A stretch of 64,000 nt of DNA, taken from NCBI GenBank assembly GCA_004022145.1, contig RCNU01000007.1. The stretch is one strand, 5' to 3'. Source of the stretch: Paecilomyces variotii (Eukaryota). This document shows, piece by piece, positions 13,271 through 25,899 of this stretch; positions within the stretch are counted from its first letter, which is position 1; each line of letters opens with the position of its first letter. A program made the position numbers and the translations under genes. A model generated the notes under the pieces. The model had not been told where the DNA came from, ran no database searches, and saw only the letters and a list, made by a program, of their open reading frames with translations.

Positions 13271-15171
13271 TATAATAGAGTAAAGGAGTAAAAAAGTTAA
13301 TAAAGCAGAGGAGCTATATAAGTATAATAAAGCAGAGAAGCTAGCCTTTACTTTCTTAACTTAATATAAGAGATAGGGTAATAATATAGAATTAGCTCTA
13401 TTATAAATTATATATATAGGTTATTTTTAGTAATAAAGGATATGCCTAAGATAGTCTTAAGCATAGTGCTCTTAGGTATAAGATTATTCAGAATAGTCTT
13501 AGAGGCCCCCTTATAGCTGCGCTTCTAGAAAGTTTAAGAAATTTAGACAAAAACTAAGAGGAGTAAAAGAATTAATAGAATAGAGAAGTAAATAAAGCAG
13601 AGAAGCTAATAGAGCAGAGGAGCTAATAAAATAGAGGAGCTAATAAAGTAGAGGAGTAGAGGAGCTAATAATATACTCTGAAGAATATCTAATTGTCTAT
13701 ATATTACCTTATATATATTCTACTAATATCCTAGGATTATCTAATTATTATAGCCTATATAAGCTGCTAGAGCCTATTAATTAAAATATTAATTTCTATT
13801 ACTAAATAATAAGTAATATAAGACTAACTTATTTCCTTCTCTAATAGAGTAAAAGAATAGGCTAGGCTATTATTCTTAGAGCTATTAGAGATATATTATT
13901 AAAATAAATATTATACCTCTAATAATATAGGAAAGAAAAAAAAAAGCTAATAAATAAAAGCCTATATAATAAGTAAAAGCCAATATAATAAGCTAGGGGT
14001 TAAACTGGCCTATTATACTAAAGAGGAGAAAGAGGAAAAAAAAGAAAAAGAGGAGAAAATAAGGATAGAGATACCTTTTTATACCTAATAAGCGGGGTAT
14101 AAATCTTTTTCTTGCTATAAATCTAAAGGGGAAGAAATATAATTACTCTCTAAATAAATATAAATAAAAAAGATTTTAAATAGGAAGAAATATAAAGTAA
14201 GGGTAATAAATAATAATAGTTACTAATAGTAAGAAGAGGCCTAATAGTAATAAAAAGGCAATAAGAGAATATAGAAATATAAAGCTATAATAGAAGATAG
14301 GAAAGGGGAGAGAAAATAGGGAATTTAGTATAAGGATAGCTAGAATATAGTATTATAATTAATATTCTAAATAGATTAATAAGAAGCTAGAATTTTAGAT
14401 AGAAAAAAATATTCTAAAAGTAAGCTTTTATAATAATTAAAAATAATAAGCTTTAATTAGCTTATTTAGATATTAAATAAGCTCTTAATAGAATATTCTA
14501 TATTTTACTAATTATTATTATCCTCTTTATTATTATTTATAGCCTCTAATTCCTCTATATATAATATTATAGTATTTAAGATATTAAAAAAAGGGGTTAG
14601 AGGGGTAAAAGAGACTATATAAATAATCTAAGCATATAAATTATAGGTTAATATAAGAAGAAGCTATAAAATACCTATTTATATATTAGGATCTCTAATA
14701 GTCTATATTAACTCTCTATAAGTCTCTAGAACTATTTAGCCTATATTAAAGTTTTAGGTAATTAAATAGTACCTTAAATAAGATATTAGAGAGTATTTAT
14801 ATACAGGAGATAGCTATATAGTTTAAACTCTTTATAAACTCTAAATAGGAGAGATTTAACATAGCCTAGTCCAGTATTATACCTTAGGATTTATATATAT
14901 TAATAGCATATACTATTATAATAGGGAATTAGGTCTGTTAGTAATTAATATAATTATAAATAAACTTCTAGTAAGACTAAAGAATAAGAATAATTAAATA
15001 GCTATTATTATCTTAGCAAGAATATAGCCTCTAATTACTATTAAAGCAGACTAAAAGAGCTAATAATAAATCTTGCTAATAATTATTGCCCTAAACCTAT
15101 ATAATATTAAAAAGTATGCTAAAGGAGCTGTTTATTAACTCTTACTTTATCTAGATATTTTTTTTTAGTAT

Positions 15172-16020
15172 AATAAAGTTTTAGATTACTTAGTTTTAGA
15201 TTAATAAATAATTAACTAATATAAATTTCTAACTATTAAATTTCTTACTATTAGACTAGACTAAGTTTTAAATTAATAAATAATTAACTAATATAAATTT
15301 TTAACTACTAAATTTCTAATTATTAAATTTCTTATTATTAGACTAAACTAAGTTTTAGATTAATAAATAATTAACTAATATAAATTTTTAACTATTAAAT
15401 TTCTAATTACTAAATTTCCTATTATTAAACTAGACTAAGTTTTAGATTAATAAATAACTAATTAATATAAATTTTTAACTATTAAATTTCTAATTACTAA
15501 ATTTTTTATTACTAGATTAGACTAAGTTTTAAATTAATAAATAACTAATTAATATAAATTTTCGATTACTAAATTTCTAACTACTAAATTTCCTATTATT
15601 AAACTAGACTAAGTTTTAGATTAATAAATAACTAACTAATATAAATTTTTAACTATTAAATTTCTAATTACTAAATTTCTTATTATTAAATTAGACTAAG
15701 TTTTAGATTAATAAATAACTAACTAATATAAATTTTTAACTATTAAATTTCTAACTATTAAATTTTTTATTACTAGACTAGACTAAGTTTTAGATTAATA
15801 AATAACTAATTAATATAAATTTTCAACTACTAAATTTCTAACTATTAAATTTCCTACTATTAAACTAAACTAAGTTTTAGATTAATAAATAATCGACTAA
15901 TATAAATTTTTAACTACTAAATTTCCTATTACTAGACTAGACTAAGTTTTAAATTAATAAATAATTAACTAATATAAATTTTTAACTACTAAATTTCCGA
16001 CTACTAAATTTCTTACTAGT
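15172..16020. repeat. 87-bp tandem array (three internal 15-bp subunits), copy 1
   Basis: Unit actagactaagttttaRattaataaataactaactaatataaatttttaactactaaatttctaactactaaatttcYtattattag; starts at 15255 and 15342 are 87 bp apart; some 72-bp units lack one 15-mer. Confidence 0.95.
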
Positions 16021-16022
16021 AG

Positions 16023-17157
16023 TATTATAGCGCTAAATAGGCATTATAATAGCTATAAGATAGATTAGAGCTATAAAAGAAGATAGTAAAATAAAATTAC
16101 CGGTAGAACTATTAACTATCTATTATATTAAAAAGGGATTAAGAAATAAAAGATTTTAAAGATAAAAGTATTTAAATTTCTACCCTAAATTCTTTTTCCT
16201 TTTCTTCTCTAGCTTAAAGTTCTCTATTATATTGCCTTACTAGGTTAGATCTTTAATAAATTTAATTTAATTTACTTAAGTATAATATTATTTTAAGCTT
16301 ATTTTACCTATCTTATTTTATTTCTTAGGCTTCTTATTTAAGCATATTATACTATTTAAAAAGCCTATTTACTACTTAATAAAATATTAAATCCCTAAAT
16401 TAAGTTCTTATTATAGCAAAGCCTATTAATAAATCTAATTATTATTAAAATAACCCTAAAAATAGAAATAAATAGCCTAAATAAGAACCTGTAAAAGATA
16501 TTTATTATATCTTATACTACTAGAATAATAGGCTAAAGAATATAATATTAGATAAGTTCTATAAGAAGCTAAAAGCAGACCTTATAAAAATCTAGAGAAT
16601 CTAATATTCTACTATTAATTTCCTTTAAAATAAAATTTATAAATTAAAGAATATTAAGTACCTAAATAATTATAATATTAAATATAAAGATAATAATAAT
16701 AATCTTACCCGCTAGCTTTATTAGGAGAAATATTATATTAAAGATATTAAATAATAAGTTATAGAACTTATCTATAATTAAAAAAAATATAAGAAGGCTT
16801 TTACTAATATAGCCCTTTATCTTAATTATAAAAATACCTTAGGACCTATAGGTAATTAGCCTCAGTGCTCTATTAAATTACCTAACTCTCCCCTACTTAT
16901 TAATAGAAAAAATCTTAAATTTAAAGATTAGCTATTATAGATTAAGAATAAGCTTAAGGTAAATACTAACTATTATAGAAGTAAATATTTCTATATTATA
17001 TATATTTAAAGCTGTTTAGGTAAAAAAGCTATAGTATATATATTCTCTAAATTTTATAAAGATTCTAGCCTCTTCTTTTAAATAGCCGATAAGATTTTTA
17101 ACTATCTCTAAACTATTTTTTATAACCTAAATTATTATCAGAATATAAAGCGCTATA
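16023..17157 (+). mobile_element. Truncated Ty3/Gypsy relic (LTR-like 16023-16287, leader, gag fragment) embedded in the 87-bp array
   Basis: 16872-17156 de-RIPs to IKLPDPPLLTDGKDPKFEDWLLQMKNKL...VQSRLG...ADEIFDHL...DP, typical of fungal Gypsy Gag. Ends tattatagcgct...agcgtaata fit a RIPped TG...CA. Repeated at 17951-18903, 37512-44593 (split), 45436-46568 and 49334-50467. Confidence 0.7.
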
Positions 17158-17950
17158 ATAATTAGACTAGATTAAGTTTTAAATTAATAAATAACTAAGT
17201 AATATAAATTTTTAATTACTAAATTTTTAATTAAATAGAAGTTTTAAACTAATATATAGCCTAAAGGCTCTAGCCTTATATTATCTATTATTAGGATAAC
17301 TAGTCTAAGTATTTTATAATAGTTAACTTCGCAGCAGCTATATTAATTTAAGAATCTATAGGTATATCTCTAGTAATAGTTAAATACCGATATAAGTTAT
17401 AGATCTTCTTTAATTATAGCCTAATATTATAATCTAGCAGTCTGTTATTATAAAATTTATTAATTAGAAATAATTTAATAATTAAAAATTTATATTATTT
17501 AGTAATTTATTAATCCGAAATTTAATATTTAACTAAATAAGGCTTGGCAAACCCTACTAAAATTCTCGCCTAAATATTAACCCCTTATATCTCTACTAAA
17601 TTAGGTTAAATCTAGATGAAAATTAATTTATTTTATATATCTAATTCGACTCTATAATATATTAAAAATTTAGCTTAATTTAACTTTATTTTACCGAGAT
17701 ATAAGGGGATAAAGTTTTATTATTAAAAAATCCGAAATAAGAAGTAGCGCTAGCCTATTTCGATTTTTCTACTATAGCTTACTAATTAAGGCAAAATCTT
17801 TAAACCTTAATAACTTACGCTACAGTAGACCAATCTAAAAAAGGAATATATATTTATAATTCTTAGAACGAGCTCTATTAATTAGTATATAGAATAATAT
17901 TAAATTCTTAAAGGGGAAGTTTACTTATATACGTAATTTTGCCTTATAGA

Positions 17951-19696
17951 TTCTCTAGCTTAAAGTTCTCTATTATACTGCCTTACTAGGTTAAATCTTT
18001 AATAAATTTAATTTAGTTTACTTAAGCGTAATATTACTTTAAGCTTATTTTACTTATCTTATTTTATTTCCTAGGCTTTCTATTTAAGCGTATTATACTG
18101 CCTAAGAAGCCTACCTATTGCTTAATAAAATATTAAACCCCTAAATTAAGTTTTTACTATAATAAAGCTTACTAATAAATCTAATTACTATTAGAATAAC
18201 CTTAAAAATAAAGATAAATAGCCTAAATAAAAACCTGCGAAAGATACTTATTATATCTTATACTACTAGGATAATAAGCTAAAAAATATAATATTAGATA
18301 AGTTCTATAAGAAGCTAAAAGCAGACCCTATAAAAATCTAAAGAATCTAATATTCTATTATTAATTTTCTCTAAAATAAAATTTATAAATTAGAGAATAT
18401 TAAGCACTTAAATAACTATAATATTAAATATAAAGATAATAATAATAACCTTGCCCGCTAGCTTTACCAGGAGAAATATTATATTAAAGATATTAAATAA
18501 TAAGTTATAGAACTTATCTATAATTAAGAAGAATATAAAGAGGCTTTTACTAATATAACTCTTTATTTTAATTATAAAAATACCCTAGGACTTATAGGCA
18601 ATTAGCCCTAGTGCTTTATTAAATTACTTAACTTTCCCCTGCTTATTAATAGAAAAGATTTTAAATTTAAAAATTAGCTATTATAGATTAAGAATAAGCT
18701 TAAGATAAATATTAACTATTATAGAAGTAAATATCTCTATATTATATATATTTAAAGCCGCCTGGGTAAAAAAGCTATAGTATATATATTCTCTAGATTT
18801 TATAAAGATTTTAGCCTTCCTTTTTAAACAGCTAATAAGATCTTTAATTATTTCTAAGCTATTTTCTATAACTTAAATTATTATTAGAATATAAAGCGCT
18901 ATAATAATTAAACTAGATTAAGTTTTAAATTAATAAATAACTAAGTAATATAAATTTTTAACTACTAAATTTTTAATTAAATAGAAGTTTTAAATTAATA
19001 TATAGCTTAAAGGCTTTAACCCTATATTATTTATTATTAAGATAACTAGTCTAAGTATTTTATAATAGTTAATTTTACAGCAGCTATATTAACTTAAGAA
19101 TTTATAGATATATCTTTAATAATAGTTAAATACTAATATAAGTTATAGATTTTCTTTAATTATAGCTTAATATTATAATCTAATAATCTATTATTATAAG
19201 ATTTATTAATTAGAAATAATTTAGTAGTTGAAAATTTATATTATTTAATAATTTATTAATCTGAAATTTAGTATCTTACTAGATAAGGCTTAGCAAACTT
19301 TATTAAAATTCTCGCCTAAACATTAACCCCTTATATCTCTACTAAATTAGGTTAGATCTAGATAGAAATTAATTTATTTTATATATCTAATTTAACTCTA
19401 TAATATATTAAAAATTTAGCTTAATTTAACTTTATTTTACTAAGATATAAGGGGATAAAGTTTTATTATTGAAAAATCCGAAATAAGAAGCGGCGCTAGC
19501 CTATTTTAATTTTTTTACTATGGCTTACTAATTGAGGCAAAATCTTTAAACCTTAATAACTTATACTACAGTAGACCAATCTAAAAAAGGAATATATATT
19601 TATAATCCTTAGAACGAGCTCTATCGATTAGTATATAGAATAATATTAAATTCCTAAAGGGGAAGTTCACTTATATACGTGATTTTACCTTATAGA
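17951..19696 (-). mobile_element. Large element, copy 2 (terminal ~1.75 kb only)
   Basis: Begins at sequence homologous to ~16205 (ttctctagcttaaagttctc) and runs colinearly to the same terminus ...ccttataga at 19696. Confidence 0.85.
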
Positions 19697-22344
19697 CTCC
19701 CGCGAATTTACTGATAAAGTAAAGATATTATATAGACTAAATTGCCTTAGGAAGATATACTTTATTATATATACTATATAGCTTAAGTAGTCTGCTAACA
19801 GGAACTAGTTTAGTATATCTAATAAAGAGTTAGCTAATAATTAATAGCTATAAGGCATTAATAAGATATTATATATATAAGACTAATTAAGACTAAAGTA
19901 AATATAATACTGTATATTTAGGGAAATATATATAAAAAATATATATTAACAATAGAATTTAATGCTATTTAGCTTATTAAAGATTAGAGCGCCTTAAGTA
20001 TAGCTAGGGCTCTTATTAGAGCTAAGCTATTATTCTCTTATTTATTTTAGATTTAATTCTAGCTTAGATAATAAGATTCTTAATTATACTATAAGCTAAG
20101 AGACCTCTAATAGTAGCTATAGACTTACTATTAAGCTAATAAAATATCCTCTTTTTCTAGTCTATATAATAGAAAATATTATAGTCTAATAATAATCTTA
20201 GTATTATTTCTTCCGCATTTTATTTTATAAGATCTAGAACTTCTATCTATAGCGCATACTTTAATGCTAAAATACTTAGATTAAGATATTAAGCTATTAT
20301 ACCTAAGATACTGCTGGCTAAAATACTTAGCTTAATAGAGTTAAGATTATAGATTATAGCATATTTATACCTATAGGTAAGAATATATTAAGGTATTTAA
20401 TATAGGAAATAGATTTAATTAAATAGTATATAAATTATAAAGTTAATAGTCTATAATTTTATTAGCTATAATAAGTTAAAAGTATAAGATAGAATATACC
20501 TCTAATTATATATAGATAGGCCCTATATTTATATTATTTAAAGATAATTAATACTATAATTATATAAAAGTAGTAAATAGCTTCTAAGTCTTCTAATTAT
20601 CTTTTAAATAAAGCTTATAAAAAATATCTATAAGTATTAAATCTAATAGAGTCGCAAGGGCTTTAATATTATAATTATATATAATATTATTGCTTTATTA
20701 ACCTAGTAAGATAATCTAGTACTATTTAAACTTAGAGGATAAGGTTAACTATTTTAGCAGATACTGCCTTAGGGTTAATATATATAGATAATATTAAGAT
20801 ATTATTAAGTAGGTTATTTAATTATTATAAGATAGCTTTAATATAATTTAAATACGCTTAGCTAATTACTTACCTAGCTTTTTTATTAAATACTTTCTTT
20901 TCTTCTCTATTTTATTACTGATCAAATTATTAATAACTAGGATAAACTCTATATAAAGCTTTACCTTTAATATTAAGTTTTAGAGGCCCTAAAGTATATA
21001 GAGAGTTAAAAAGACTTAAATATATTATAGCTAGTATAAAGGACTAAATATAAGCTAATTATTTTAATATAAGTGCTTATATAAAAGAGAAGACTAGACT
21101 AAAGTCTTCTAACTTTAATTATATAATAAATAATAAAACTACTATCTTTATTATATAGTGCAATATATAAAGATTCTATTACTTTAAGATTATTTATTCT
21201 AGCCTTATTCTTAAGTCTGCCCCTAATAAGATATAATTAGTAAGATTTTATTTATATAATATTAGATTGCTTTATAATTTATTTATTCTCTATACTTAAT
21301 TATATCTTATAGCTTAAGGTCTTATATAATATCTTATATTATCCCCCCTTATTAGTACCTTTTCTATATTACTATTACTTAAAGGTTCTCTATAGATAAT
21401 ATATCTTAAACTTAGCCTACTCTTTAATTCTAATATTAAATAATATTTGCTTATTTATTAGAAGCTTTTATTTATATAGAGTAATATTATATTGCCTATT
21501 AGAAATATTAAATAGGGTATTAAATAGTTTATTAACTCTTAAATACTATAGTTTATATATATTTTCTTTATATACTTCTTTCTCTTCTTATTTAGGCTTT
21601 CTTCTATTATATTAGCTATAATACTTTATTATCTATATTCTTAATAGATATATTAATATTCCTATATAAATAATTAGCTATCTTCTATTATACCTTCCTT
21701 ATAATATATAAGATTTACCTAACTTATCTCTAAATTACCTTTTTATAATTTAGAGATATAGCTTATCTCTTAATAAAATACTATTAAATATTAGATTAAG
21801 ATCTTCTCTCTTTTTAAAAATATAAGACTATTAGAGAAGTCTATATATAAAAATAATAATTAATAAAATTAAGATTAAGAGATATTAAATTTACTTTTTT
21901 AACTTTATCTTTAAATTTTATATCTTATCTTTAATATTAATATTTATTCTTATTTAATAGATTCTAGGCCCTAATAAATGCCTTTAATTAGCTTTTTATA
22001 TTTTTACCTAATAATTTCTATATTTAAGGAATAACTCTAATACACACTATATTTCTTTTTATTCTTATTATTTCCTAATTACCTAGTAATAATAATATAG
22101 ATAATTAGATTAAGTAAGCAATATTTATATTCTGTATTTAAACCTATTAATAACTACTTACTTATTATTATTGCAGTTAGAATTATAATAGATTAATATA
22201 TTACTTTTATTACTACTTATTTTAAGGTCTTTAATAAAAAAATTATTAATATTAAAGTTAATATAATCTAAATTCTCTATAGTTATAATAACCTTATCTT
22301 AATCCTATTATCTAGGAGTTAAGAGTAATTATAAATATAATAAA

Positions 22345-23069
22345 AATTAGATCTCTTAGCCTAGCTAATATAACTTTAAGCATTAAATATTCTTACTTAG
22401 TTAATATAACTTTAAGTATTAAATATTTTTACCTAGCTAATATAACTCTAAGTATTAGATATTTTTACTTAGCTAATATAACTTTAAGCATTAAATATTC
22501 TAGCCTAGCTAATCTAACTTTAAGTATAATAAAAGTTAGATTTCTTAGCCTAGCTAATATAACTCTAAGCATTAGATATTTTTACTTAGTTAATATAACT
22601 CTAAGCATTAGATATTCTAGCTTAGCTAATTTAACTCTAAATATAATAAAAGTTAAATCTCCTAGCCTAGCCGATATAACTCTAAGTATTAAATATTTTT
22701 ATTTAGCTAATATAACTCTAAGCATTAAATCTCCTAGCCTAGCTAATATAACTCTAAGTATTAGATATTTTTATTTAGCTAATATAACTCTAAGCATTAA
22801 ATATCTTTACTTAGCTAATATAACTTTAAGCGTCAGATCTCTTAGCTTAGCTAATATAACTCTAAGTATAATAAAGATTAAATCTCCTAGCTTAGCTAAT
22901 ATAACTTTAAGCGTTAGATATTCTTATTTAGCTAATATAACTTTAAGCATTAGATATTCTTACCTAGCTAATATAACTTTAAGTATTAAATATCTTAGCT
23001 TAGCTAACCTAACTTTAAATATAATAAAAATTAGATCTTACTTAGCTCACCTAACTATAAGCATAAAGA
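22345..23069. repeat. 36/45-bp tandem array in copy 3 (225 bp shorter)
   Basis: Same units; the offset between copies changes from 21144 to 20919 across the array. Confidence 0.9.
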
Positions 23070-25899
23070 AGATTAAATATTTTAACTAGATTTATTAAAG
23101 TAAGAGCTAATAGGATATAAAGAGATTAGAATTTTTTTAAAATATATTAGTTAATTTGCTAAATTAGTTCTATTATTAATTTATACTAGAAGAGAGCTAA
23201 AATTTTAATAGATAACCTCTTACTAGGCAATAATTAATCTTTATAATTATAAGAAATACTAGCTTATATATTATTTACCTTAAATATTAATTAAGCCTTA
23301 TTAAAAGCCCTATTCCGAACTAGTTTTATTTAAAAAGATTGCTTTTATTAATCTCTAGTAAAAAGGTCTTTTATTTAATCTAAATTGCTATTATAATTAA
23401 TTAATATTTTAAATAAAATAATTATATCTATATTAGGGAATTTAGACTTTAAGATTATAAGTTTTATATTAGTAGGCCTTTTATTAGAGATATTATTAGT
23501 ATATATATCTTTATAATCTAAAGGTTATATTAATAATTATTAAATAGGGCTATTTTAATAGCTATTATTAGAAGAGATCTGTAGTTTACTCTTATAAGGT
23601 AATTAGCTATCTTAATATAACTTAATAGTAAAAGAAATAAATAGAAGATTATATTAAATAAACTAGTTATAATTTAATAATAATAGTAACTCTTAAATAG
23701 GACTTATTTAATAGTTATTAATAAATAATATTTATATACTATCTATATGGGGCAATTTAGTATTTTAAAATAACTTAATTATATAAGAAATTAACAGAAG
23801 ACTAGATTAAATAGCTTAACTATAATTTGATTATACTAGTAATACTAGGAGAAAATAGCTTTAACTAGTAATACTATAAGAGGTTTAGATACTACTCTTA
23901 TTAGGTAATTTTTTATTTTAAATTAATTTAATTACTTAAAAAATTAATAAGAGATTATATTAATTAGACTAATTATAATTTAATAGCACTAGTAATTCTT
24001 AAATATAGCTGCTTTAATAATTACTACTAAAAGATATTTACCTACTACTTATATAGGCTAATTTATTATATTAAAATAACCTAGTTATAGAAGAGATAGA
24101 TAAAAGACTAGATTAAATAAGCTAGTTATAACTTAACAGCAATATAGGTCTTAAACCTAAATATATATTTTTATTTAGTTATTCTATAGATAAGGCCTCT
24201 TTTATTTATTTTAGAGTTTAGAATATATATCTTTCCTTTAACTATAAATATACTAGAATATTCTCTTAGGTTAATAATAGGCTTATTCTATAAGAATATT
24301 TATTTTAAGTATATCTTTATACTCCTATAATATCTAGAAGTATTTAATTATTTATAAATATATTATATACTTAAATAATTTATTAGCTATATAAAAGGGC
24401 TATAATTAATAATAATATATATTTCTCTATTTATATTAATGCATATAATACTAAAGTTACTTTTACCTTTTCTTTCTTAGATTAATTTTAGGATTATATT
24501 ATATTACCTATATTCTAGATATTTAAGGTCTAAGCAAGATTTAATAATATATTATATAGCAGCTTTAACTAAGGTAGCTAAATATATACTTATAAGGCTT
24601 ATGCTTTTAGCAATTCTTTAATAAAGAATGCTCCCCTTTTAATAATAATACTAGCAGTAAGGACTATTAAACTAGTATAAGATAATATTAGCTAAGCTAA
24701 AATAAGATTAGAGTTAATAGCTATATTAGATAAGCTATAGAATATTTTACTCTATACTTCTCTATTAAAATTCTTATTAATAAAAGTTCGGTCCTTCTAC
24801 TAGTAATACTTAAATAAGGATATATAATATATTATAATCTAATATTCTAATAACCTACAGATAAACCTAGAATTATTAACCCTAGCTTATTATAAACTCT
24901 CCTAGTAACTTATTAATAATATAAATCTTATACTTAATATAGAACCTTAATTATAATAATCCTTATTAAGAAGACTTAATCTAGTAATACTATATAGATA
25001 GGCAGGTTAAAGGCCTAAATATTATAGAAGATTATTAGTATAAATATAAAGATTAATAATAAATTAACTAGGCTATAGAAGATAGCTAAGGGAGATTATT
25101 AAATAGGATAAAACTATTAGAATTAAACCTGTAATAGACTATAGATAGAAAGAAATACCTAATAAATTAAGGATTATTATTATTATAAAGGACCTTCCCC
25201 TTTCTATAGACTATTATATTCTAAATAGTTTAAAATATCTTTTTAAAGAGAACTCTCTAATAATAGCATTAGTAATAGCTCTAATAAAGATATAAAGACC
25301 TAGGCTTTAAAATTAATTATAAAGAGATATAATAATCTCCTAGTATTACCTTAACTAGCTATTTTATTTTTTAAATACTACTCTTTTATTTATCTTATAA
25401 TCCTTTAATATTAAAAATTTAATATAGCACCTTATAGGGAATATAAACAACCTATAAAATATAGAAATAAGGATAAATAAAATAAGGCTTAAAAAAAAAG
25501 ATATAGATTAAAATATTAGCAGCAATAATAAGAATAAGAATATAATTAAAATTAGTCCTCTATATTATTATTAGCACTATTTATTTATACCTGCTTTAAA
25601 TCTTATATATTTATATAAAATATATAATAGAACCTTAATAACTCTTTTCTATTAATTTATATTAATAATAATATCTTTAGTAATCTTAGCAGAGCGCTAT
25701 AAAATATATCTTTATTTCTTAGGTATATAGAATATAAAGAAAGAGATAATATTTAAGATTTTAGGCTATTTAATTTTAATAGTAGTTAAGAAAATAGATA
25801 TAATAACCTTAGCACTAATAATAATAATGCGGATAATAGCTATAATATACCTATATAAATATTAAATAATAATATACTAATAGTAGTTAATAGTTAATA

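Larger units (their letters stand above)
1..17950 (-). mobile_element. Large unclassified element, copy 1 (left end outside the window; conserved terminus at 17950)
   Basis: Colinear with 21145-45387 (position 1 = 21145; offsets 21144, then 20919, then 21368), differing mainly by transitions. Ends in the shared terminus ...gccttataga. Strand assigned only from the 5'-TC reading of the terminus. Confidence 0.8.

Noticed and set aside
15172-16020. 87-bp array as a CRISPR or telomere
   Set aside because: The whole unit repeats without spacers and there are no TTAGGG-type tracts.
16023-19696. Terminal ~1.7-2 kb repeats as the LTRs of a giant retrotransposon
   Set aside because: Their left ends vary (1.7, 2.0, 3.9 kb), they lack TG...CA boundaries and TSDs, and I found no pol gene belonging to the unit.
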